DNA from: a virus
Taxonomy: Duplodnaviria; Caudoviricetes
Length of the DNA: 33,660 bases
Reading direction: 5' to 3' (one strand)
IMG/VR virus record: IMGVR_UViG_3300049169_000027
Location: 1-33,660 of that record
A program made the translations under genes and the position numbers. Below the pieces are notes generated by a model. It was not told where the DNA came from, made no database searches, and worked only from the letters and a program-made list of their open reading frames with translations. This document shows, in pieces, positions 8,244-14,759 of the stretch; position 1 is the stretch's first letter, and the number at the start of each line of letters is the position of its first letter.

Positions 8244-8428
8244 GGGCGGCTGCCCTGATGGATCCTCGGCACGAGCAGCCGCCCCCTTCCGGATGGAAGG
8301 TCGACACCAACGGTGTCCCCCTGGCTGGCTGCCAGGAGCTTGGATGAGCGGCCCGCCCCGCGGGGGATTTCCGGGACGGGCCGCTCGGGAACCGGTGCCG
8401 GCGCGGCCGGCGACGCGTCGGCACCGGT
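8244..8428. repeat. array of five stem-loops between convergent genes
   Basis: Inverted repeats 8244-8253/8275-8284, 8285-8290/8295-8300, 8320-8325/8331-8336, 8346-8355/8377-8386, 8391-8400/8419-8428. Confidence 0.7.
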
Positions 8429-8430
8429 GG

Positions 8431-8619
8431 TCAGTTGTCCGCCTTGGGCGGGCCGTGAGGGTGGCGGCGGATACGGACATTGCAGTCACTGACGGTCGAC
8501 AGGTCACCCTGCTGCCTGGACATCTCCCGCTGCCGGGCCAGCGCTTGACACTCTGCGCAGTCGTGCACTGGAGTCGGTTCGGGAAGCGGCAGGCCGAGGT
8601 GGACGGGGCGGGGAGTCAC
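8431..8619 (-). CDS. 62-aa hypothetical protein (CxxC...DCNVRIRRHPH)
   Basis: GTG 8619 overlaps the upstream TGA; EPTPVHDCAECQALARQRE...GDLSTVSDCNVRIRRH is a motif typical of Streptomyces mobile-element small proteins. Confidence 0.65.
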   Translation of the reverse strand: MTPRPVHLGLPLPEPTPVHDCAECQALARQREMSRQQGDLSTVSDCNVRIRRHPHGPPKADN

Positions 8620-8966
8620 AGCCACCCCCGCCGCAGGAACAGGCGCAGCAGCGCCCGGCCAATGAGGCAGGTGTCGCTGCCCCTGCATGACTTGCACCTC
8701 TCCAACGTGTGGTCGAACAGCGCAAGATACGCATGCTCGCTGACGTGGCGTCGGCAGCCGCGAGGGAACCAGCGCATTGGCGACATGGTCCCGTCCACTC
8801 CGGCCATGCGCTCGCCGAGGTCTACGGCCGCCTCGCCGGTGAGCGGCTCCTCGTGGCGGTCCCAGACGCACACACGGCCCTCGACTTGGGCGTCTGTCAG
8901 TGTGGCCAGGTCGGGCACGGCCAGCTCAGCTATGGCCTGTGGGGTGATCTCTGTGGTGGTGCTCAT
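8616..8966 (-). CDS. Cys/His-rich hypothetical protein
   Basis: ATG 8966 after GAGGGG SD; LTDAQVEGRVCVW...AVDLGER...WFPRGC...CKSC...C. Confidence 0.7.
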   Translation of the reverse strand: MSTTTEITPQAIAELAVPDLATLTDAQVEGRVCVWDRHEEPLTGEAAVDLGERMAGVDGTMSPMRWFPRGCRRHVSEHAYLALFDHTLERCKSCRGSDTCLIGRALLRLFLRRGWL

Positions 8967-9204
8967 CTGCTGCCCCCTCGTGAATCTCGGCCCAGATCTC
9001 CGGCTGGTCCGCCGTGTCGCAGCTGCCCCAGTGGTCCGCGCTGGCGAGCGCGGGGAGAACCTTGTCCCACGTGGATCTGTCCTTGGGGTCTGGTGCCGTG
9101 GCGTGGATGCGGGTGCGCCCGTCGAGAGCAAGCAGATGCACCGGCCCGTCGAGGGCCCGCTCCAGCGCGGTACGCAACGCTGCTGCTCGCAGGCTGATAG
9201 GCAC
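8926..9204 (-). CDS. hypothetical protein, first gene of the operon divergent from the GntR gene
   Basis: GTG 9204 after GGGGA SD; ...ADHWGS...EIWAEI. Confidence 0.55.
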   Translation of the reverse strand: MPISLRAAALRTALERALDGPVHLLALDGRTRIHATAPDPKDRSTWDKVLPALASADHWGSCDTADQPEIWAEIHEGAADEHHHRDHPTGHS

Positions 9205-9216
9205 GACACATCCCCG

Positions 9217-9250
9217 CTCTCGTGCGAGAGAATGACTCTCGTACGAGAGT
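9217..9250. promoter_or_regulatory. tandem palindromic operators (probable GntR sites)
   Basis: CTCTCGTGCGAGAG 9217-9230 and the perfect 16-bp palindrome ACTCTCGTACGAGAGT 9235-9250, between divergent genes. Confidence 0.7.
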
Positions 9251-9302
9251 AGCGAGACCGGCACTACTCTGTCACGCAGGTCACACGGAAGGGAGGCGGA
9301 CA

Positions 9303-10058
9303 GTGAGCGAGACGCCGCTGTACCTACGCGTCGCTGAAGAGCTGCGCGCCCTCATCACCACCGGCCAGCTCCCACCCGGCGCCCGCCTCCCATCCGTCGC
9401 CGACCTCATCCAGCAGTACGGCGGCAGCAACTCGGTAGCCAGCCGGGCGTACAAGGTCCTCGTGGATGACGGGCTGGTGGTGTCCCGGCACGGTGTCGGC
9501 CACTACGTCCGCGGCCCCGAGACACCCGAGCTGCTCGTCCGCCGGCACCGACGCCGGTCGGAGGATTCGCCGTTCGCGCAGGGCGCGGCTGAGCAGGGCG
9601 CGGTGGGCACGTGGCGGCACGAGTCCACCACCGAGCAGGCCTCCGAGACCGTGGCCGCCCGGCTCGGCATCACGGCCGGGGACCCGGTCATGCACACCAG
9701 CTACGTCTACCTCGCCGACGAACGGCCCGTGCAGCTCGCCGAATCGTGGGAACCCCTCGCCCTCACCGGTCAGTCCCTCGTCGCCCTGCCCGAGGTCGGT
9801 CCGTACGCCGGCGTCGGGGTGGCCGCGCGAATGCGAGTCCTCGGCATCGAGGTCGGTGACCCGGTCGAGAGGGTGCGTGCCCGCATGGCCACCCGGCAGG
9901 AGGCGCAGGCCCTCGGCATGACGCCACCCGGGCCGGTCCTGTTCGTTGAGCGGACCTACTACGACCAGGCCACCGGCCGCCCGGTGGAGACGGCGGACGT
10001 CGTGATGCGCGGCGACCGGTGGGTGGCCATCTACGGGCAGGCCCCGGCCGGGAGCTGA
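9303..10058 (+). CDS. GntR/HutC-family regulator with UTRA domain (KorSA-like)
   Basis: PLYLRVAEELRALI..GQLPPGARLPSVADL...GVGHYV wHTH; UTRA region ERVRARMATRQEAQALG..GPVLFVERTYY...PVETADVV; GTG 9303 after GGGAGG. Confidence 0.9.
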   Translation: MSETPLYLRVAEELRALITTGQLPPGARLPSVADLIQQYGGSNSVASRAYKVLVDDGLVVSRHGVGHYVRGPETPELLVRRHRRRSEDSPFAQGAAEQGAVGTWRHESTTEQASETVAARLGITAGDPVMHTSYVYLADERPVQLAESWEPLALTGQSLVALPEVGPYAGVGVAARMRVLGIEVGDPVERVRARMATRQEAQALGMTPPGPVLFVERTYYDQATGRPVETADVVMRGDRWVAIYGQAPAGS

Positions 10059-10076
10059 CCCCGGACATGACGAATG

Positions 10077-10106
10077 GCCCCCTCCCGCCCGAAGGCGAGA
10101 GGGGGC
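10077..10106. terminator. terminator hairpin between the convergent lysis and GntR genes
   Basis: Minus strand GCCCCCUCUCGCC-UUCG-GGCGGGAGGGGGC: 13-bp stem with one U-G pair and a cUUCGg tetraloop. Confidence 0.75.
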
Positions 10107-10114
10107 ACGGCTGT

Positions 10115-10855
10115 TCATGGGTACTGTCTGCGGTACGGATCGAGTCCCGCAGACAGCAGGCCATCACTGTTGCCAGGCTCGTCGGGAGGCGGGGCGCCAT
10201 CGCGGCGGCACACGAGCGCGTCAGGGTCCCAACTCGGGGCCTGGAGTGAGTAGCCGTCGGGGCAGTCCGGGCCAGGCGGCCCCTGCTCACCACGGGGTCC
10301 CTGCTCACCCTGCGGTCCCTGCTCGCCGGGCGGTCCCTGTGGTCCCTCCGGTCCGGCCGGGCCCTGCGCGCCGTCCGCTCCGGGTGCACCGTCCTCCCCA
10401 GGCTCGCCGGGTTCGCCAGGAACGCCGGGCTCGCCATCCTGGCCGGGCGTCCCCGGTGCGCCATCGTCACCAGGCTGTCCATCGGCGCCGGGCGAGCCGT
10501 CCTGCCCTGGCCTGCCGGGGTCGCCCTGCCGGCCAGGTATGGGCACGGGCACCTCGGCTCGGTCGGGCAGGTCGTCCACCGCCACCGATGGGTCGGGGGC
10601 GACGGGCTCCGCGCCCTCGCTCTTCACCTGCTCCCGCAGCTGCCGCACGTCGGTCGCGAGGGTGGAGACGGCGTCGCCCCTCCTGTTCGCCTCGGCGACC
10701 GCGCTGTTCGCCTTGGCGACCGCTTCCTGGCGTGCAGTCGCCTCGGCGTCGATGCGGGACCAGATGATGACGACAGCGCCGGACAGGGCGACCAGCCAGC
10801 ACATCAGCGCCGCCGGGCGCCAACGCCGGGCCAACGCTCGCTCTGTCCGGGTCAC
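10115..10855 (-). CDS. membrane-anchored collagen-like protein of the lysis cassette
   Basis: N-terminal TM, coiled coil, 30 uninterrupted Gly-X-Y triplets, C-terminal CPDGY...LVC. Confidence 0.85.
   Translation of the reverse strand: MTRTERALARRWRPAALMCWLVALSGAVVIIWSRIDAEATARQEAVAKANSAVAEANRRGDAVSTLATDVRQLREQVKSEGAEPVAPDPSVAVDDLPDRAEVPVPIPGRQGDPGRPGQDGSPGADGQPGDDGAPGTPGQDGEPGVPGEPGEPGEDGAPGADGAQGPAGPEGPQGPPGEQGPQGEQGPRGEQGPPGPDCPDGYSLQAPSWDPDALVCRRDGAPPPDEPGNSDGLLSAGLDPYRRQYP
10265..10534 (-). repeat. collagen (Gly-X-Y)30 coding repeat
   Basis: GRQ GDP GRP ... GPP GPD counted from the translation. Confidence 0.9.
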
Positions 10856-11127
10856 GGTTGTCCTCCGAGTTGGATGATGATGCCGCGCAGCCGGGTGATC
10901 TCGGCTTGATCGGTGGCGCGGAGGCTGGCCTGCTCGGCGAGTTCCTTGTGCAGCTCGGTGACCTTGCGGTCGAGTCTGTCCCGCTCCTCTTGCAGGTTGT
11001 CCGTCAGCGACGAGAAGCCGGTCAGGGCGTTCTCGCCGCGCTTCCCGAGGTACGCCACCACCGCGCCAGCGAGTCCGCCCACACCCACCAGCAGTGCGCC
11101 GAGGGCGGTGAGGGTGGTGACGTCCAA
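10852..11127 (-). CDS. 1-TM coiled-coil membrane protein (lysis accessory / holin-like)
   Basis: Hydrophobic N-terminus then [19 protein letters not shown] coil; between the holin and the collagen-like gene. Confidence 0.75.
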   Translation of the reverse strand: MDVTTLTALGALLVGVGGLAGAVVAYLGKRGENALTGFSSLTDNLQEERDRLDRKVTELHKELAEQASLRATDQAEITRLRGIIIQLGGQP

Positions 11128-11137
11128 CGGGGTTCTC

Positions 11138-11404
11138 CTAGACGCTCGGCGCCGTGCTGGCGGAGTTCTTTGGACCGATCAACCGAGCCAGCAGGCCCTT
11201 CACCAGGGTGACGACCGCAGCCAGCCCGGCCGTGCCGACGCCCTCCCAGAAGGACACGCTGAGCATGTCGGCCGGGCCCGCAGCGAGAGCGACCGCGCCG
11301 GCCGCGCCGAGGAACGTCCAGATGATCCGCTCTATCAGGTCGACCGCGTAGGTTCTGGCGGTCTTCACCACGGTCTCGGCGGCGGGGAGGTGGAGTTCGG
11401 ACAT
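11138..11404 (-). CDS. holin (r1t-like, 2 TM)
   Basis: DLIERIIWTFL...AGLAAVVTLVK...NSAS motif; downstream of the endolysin. Confidence 0.8.
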   Translation of the reverse strand: MSELHLPAAETVVKTARTYAVDLIERIIWTFLGAAGAVALAAGPADMLSVSFWEGVGTAGLAAVVTLVKGLLARLIGPKNSASTAPSV

Positions 11405-11419
11405 GGGCAGTTCCTCGTT

Positions 11420-11761
11420 TCAGACGGGCTGCGCGAGTGAGCGGCAGCCGATGACGGTCCCGGAGGCGTTGCGCACCTCGCGGTAGGGGACGAGCAGGTC
11501 ACTGCGCCGGTCGGCGAGCGCCAGGGCGACGACGAGCGAGACGATGTACTGGACGCCATCCCGCTTGGGCGGCAGGTTCTGGGCGTGACCGAACTCGACC
11601 AGCTCGGGCCACATGCCGCTACTGACTTCGAACGTGGCCAGCCGTGCGGGGGTCGCCTCGGGCTGGATGACCTCCCGCAGATGCGGTTCGAGGTCGTCGA
11701 TACCGTCCTCGCGCTCGTCCCAGTAGAGGCGGATCGGGTGCGGGGTGAGGTTGAGGATCAC
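11420..11761 (-). CDS. NLTPH-motif small protein; candidate Crn4-like ring nuclease
   Basis: MILNLTPHPI...LPPKRDGVQYIVSLVVA...RSDLLVP..VRNASGTVIGCRSLA; translationally coupled to the endolysin stop; the CDS is solid, the function is tentative. Confidence 0.7.
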   Translation of the reverse strand: MILNLTPHPIRLYWDEREDGIDDLEPHLREVIQPEATPARLATFEVSSGMWPELVEFGHAQNLPPKRDGVQYIVSLVVALALADRRSDLLVPYREVRNASGTVIGCRSLAQPV

Positions 11762-12807
11762 TCGGCGAGCCTCTCGGCGAGGTTGACGGCGACCTTCTCC
11801 GCGATCTGCTCGGCGAGCGCAGGGTTCGAGGCGACGGCAGAGGCGAGGGCAGCGATGTCCGCGTCGCTCATGTCGACCGTGCCCGCCGCGCCTTCCAGGT
11901 TTCGGATGCGGGCGACAGCCTCACGCACGCCCTCCGCCGTCGTCTGGATGGCGTACCGCGCGGTCCACGTGTCGTTCGCGATGGTCTTCCCGTCCGCCGC
12001 GAAGTAGTCCGGGTTGTTGTACGGCGGCCGGGCGGCGGGGATCTCGTCGGCCCACCAGATGCGGCGCAGGTCGCTGTTCTCCAGCACCCCGCCGCCCGCG
12101 ATGAGCTTCGCCACCACGGCGTCGGCGACCTTCCGGACGTCGCTGTCGGTCAGCGCCATGTCGTCGTCGTTTCCTTCCCACTGTCCCGCCGGGAGCGCCA
12201 GGCACGCGGCCAGGTCACGGCGGAAGTCGGTCATGTCGATGCCGCGCGGGTCGACCTTCCAGTCGGACCACTCCAGGTGGCCGATCGCGCTCTTCGCGCC
12301 CCAGCCGTGCGCGCGGCAGATCGCGGCGGTGGCCTTGACCATGGCGACGTACTGCACGCGCGGCCACGGGTCGCGCCCGTCGCCCTCGTTCTCGCACTCC
12401 CAGCCGTAGAAGCGGGCGTTGCCGTCGACCGCGCCCGGCGATCCGTCGTGCTTGCGTGTCGCCAGGGGCCGGTCGCCGTAGGACTCGCCGATGACGGCGT
12501 CCAGGACGGCGCCGTCGCCGCCGCCGGCGTGGTTGGCGCGGCCGTTGCCGGTCAGGTGGACGATGCCGTCCTTGGTGATGCAGCCGGTGGAGAGCGGGCC
12601 GGGCAGGGCGCTGTGGCCGTCGTAGATGAGGTTGACGACGTCTGTGCGGGGTCCGGTGACGGTGTGGTGGATCATCACGCCATGCACGGGTCCCCAGGCG
12701 CCCTTGTGGTTGCGGCTATGGGTGCGCCAGCTGCGGACCTCGTGGACGGTCACGCCTTCCGCGCGGAGGGCGTCCACCAGCCTCGACGCGGACAGGGGTG
12801 CGGCCAT
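11758..12807 (-). CDS. endolysin, N-acetylmuramoyl-L-alanine amidase (Amidase_2)
   Basis: GVMIHHT, GRANHAG, YGWECEN, IGHLEWSDWKVDP Zn-amidase motifs; ATG 12807 after GGAGG. Confidence 0.92.
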   Translation of the reverse strand: MAAPLSASRLVDALRAEGVTVHEVRSWRTHSRNHKGAWGPVHGVMIHHTVTGPRTDVVNLIYDGHSALPGPLSTGCITKDGIVHLTGNGRANHAGGGDGAVLDAVIGESYGDRPLATRKHDGSPGAVDGNARFYGWECENEGDGRDPWPRVQYVAMVKATAAICRAHGWGAKSAIGHLEWSDWKVDPRGIDMTDFRRDLAACLALPAGQWEGNDDDMALTDSDVRKVADAVVAKLIAGGGVLENSDLRRIWWADEIPAARPPYNNPDYFAADGKTIANDTWTARYAIQTTAEGVREAVARIRNLEGAAGTVDMSDADIAALASAVASNPALAEQIAEKVAVNLAERLAE

Positions 12808-12871
12808 GGGGCCTCCAGGCATGAGAAAGGCCCCGGCCGGACGGCGCGGGGCGTACGAGGCGGGGCGAGGG

Positions 12872-13117
12872 TCAGGCGGTCGGCGTCATGGTCTCCGAGT
12901 AGGAGTACGACCGAGTCGCGGAGAGGATCCGGAAGTCCGAGCTGGACGCGATCAGGTCGACGAACTTCTGGAAGATGCCCGCCAGTTCGGGCGCGTCGGG
13001 GTTGTCGGTGGTCGCCGTGATGTTGAAGGTGACCGGGTAGTCGCCGATGTGGTCGGTGCTGCTGACCATTGCCGTCCAGCGGCTTTGGCTGGGGCCTTCC
13101 GGGGCGCCGAGAGGCAT
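12872..13117 (-). CDS. hypothetical protein (possible tail fibre chaperone)
   Basis: ATG 13117 after AGGAG SD; last gene of the tail block. Confidence 0.6.
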   Translation of the reverse strand: MPLGAPEGPSQSRWTAMVSSTDHIGDYPVTFNITATTDNPDAPELAGIFQKFVDLIASSSDFRILSATRSYSYSETMTPTA

Positions 13118-13127
13118 CAGGGGTCTC

Positions 13128-13529
13128 CTAGTTGTCGATGATGAAGCTGACATGCAGCCGAAGATTGCGGTTCAGGGTGATGTCTCCGGACGCCGTGCGC
13201 AGAGTGCAGATGCCGTCCGTCCCGATGACGAACCCGCCTTCACTGGAGCCGTCGTCCCAATAACCGTTGATGGTGCCGTTGGTGGGCCGCCACCCGGCCG
13301 GCACCGTACAAATCTGGGTGTCGTTGATGTTGCCGGTGGTGGCGGTGATCGTGCCGCCCGTGCGGTTCATGTAGATGTCCAGCACGACGCTTCGGCCGGT
13401 CCGGTAGCCGCGGAAGTCGTTGACGGCGAAACCCGATGCGGCGGTCAGGCCGGAGTCCGTCGTAGTCACGGGCGGGCCGTCATTCAGGCGGCCGTCGGTC
13501 ATCCGCATGCCTGGCTGCCACAGGGTCAC
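13128..13529 (-). CDS. minor tail / small fibre-like protein
   Basis: WQPGMRMTDGRLN N-terminus and ICTVPAGWRP...FVIGTDG beta motif typical of phage receptor-binding domains. Confidence 0.7.
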   Translation of the reverse strand: MTLWQPGMRMTDGRLNDGPPVTTTDSGLTAASGFAVNDFRGYRTGRSVVLDIYMNRTGGTITATTGNINDTQICTVPAGWRPTNGTINGYWDDGSSEGGFVIGTDGICTLRTASGDITLNRNLRLHVSFIIDN

Positions 13530-13538
13530 AACTGCCTC

Positions 13539-14759
13539 CTACAGGGCCACGATCGAGGGCTGAGCGAGCCACACAGGCTCGCCCGCAGCCTGCGCCTTGG
13601 TGATGCCGTTGACCGAGCGGGTGACGGTCATCCGCTGCGGGTGGCTGGTCTCGGTGAAGTCGTCCCACGACGCGACGACAGGCAGGACGTTCGTGTTGGC
13701 GGACGACAGGATGGAGCGGGTGCCGACGCTCCCGGCCGCGCTCAGGTCGGTGTCCGTGGTCTCCACCTGCCATGTGCTCGGCTCAGGCCTGCCGTCCTGC
13801 CAGGCCTTTGCGCGCAGTGTGGACGCGGTCACCTGGAAGCGGATGTGGAAGCGGCGGCCGGCGGCGTGGGTGAGGCCGGTGGTGTGCTGCACCAGGAAGG
13901 TTTCCGCGCCCGCCACTCGCTTGCGCAGGGTGAGGATGACGGCCTGGCTGGTGGAGAACTCCAGCCTGGCCAAGTAGGCGTTGTTGACGTCCAGGTAGCG
14001 CGCGGCCAGGGCGAGGAAGTGGCTGCCGCCGGTGGCCAGGGCGCTGGTGGCGACGCTGGCGGTCAGGTCGACGTCCGCGCCCGGGGCTGGGGCCGTCGTC
14101 CAGCGGCTCACGTTCACGGAGCCGAGGGACACCAGGCCCCGGCCGAGGAACGCGCTGCGGACTGCGGCCGCGTACAGGTCGAACGATTCGGTGCGTTGGC
14201 CGCTGTCCCGCATTGCCCGCGTGGTGTCGCCGTTCGGGAAGAACGACTCCCGCAAGGCGCGGGACATCTCCAGCTGTACGCCCGCGCTACGGGTGTTCTC
14301 GTTGCAGATGTTCGCCGGGTCCGTTCCGGCGATCTCCGACGGCGCGGTGACCACGGCAAACCCGGCCGTCTTCAGCCGCTCGGTGACCTTGTTGACCATC
14401 TCGGTGTCCAGGCCGCCGATGGCAGTCTCCGCAACACCGTGGGTCCCGGTGTAGCCGTGGAAGGACAGGGTGCGCCTGGAGGCGCCCACCAGGGCCACAC
14501 AGTTCGGCTCGTCGAAGTTCGTCGAGGTGATGTGCAGGTCGATGTTCCCCGAGGGCTTGAGGCCGGCGAACTCGTAGTGGTCCATCAGGCCGGCGCCGAC
14601 CTCGCGGGCCATCTCGCCGGATCCGGCCTCGATGCCGCCCCCGTGGATGGCGATGGACGTCCACGTCGCGCCGGCCACGTCGACGGTGCGGCGCTCGTAG
14701 TCCACGCCTTCCGTTTCCGCGGCCGCCAGTTCGGCGTAGTTGTTGTACAGGTCGCCCAT
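13539..14759 (-). CDS. poly-gamma-glutamate hydrolase (PghP/DUF867-type) fused to a tail-protein C-terminal domain
   Basis: IAIHGGGIEAGSGE, HITSTNFDEP, TLSFHGY, GTDPANICN, GVQLEMS Zn-peptidase motifs; C-terminal half is beta-rich tail sequence ending TVTRSVNGITKAQAAG..PSIVAL. Confidence 0.85.
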   Translation of the reverse strand: MGDLYNNYAELAAAETEGVDYERRTVDVAGATWTSIAIHGGGIEAGSGEMAREVGAGLMDHYEFAGLKPSGNIDLHITSTNFDEPNCVALVGASRRTLSFHGYTGTHGVAETAIGGLDTEMVNKVTERLKTAGFAVVTAPSEIAGTDPANICNENTRSAGVQLEMSRALRESFFPNGDTTRAMRDSGQRTESFDLYAAAVRSAFLGRGLVSLGSVNVSRWTTAPAPGADVDLTASVATSALATGGSHFLALAARYLDVNNAYLARLEFSTSQAVILTLRKRVAGAETFLVQHTTGLTHAAGRRFHIRFQVTASTLRAKAWQDGRPEPSTWQVETTDTDLSAAGSVGTRSILSSANTNVLPVVASWDDFTETSHPQRMTVTRSVNGITKAQAAGEPVWLAQPSIVAL

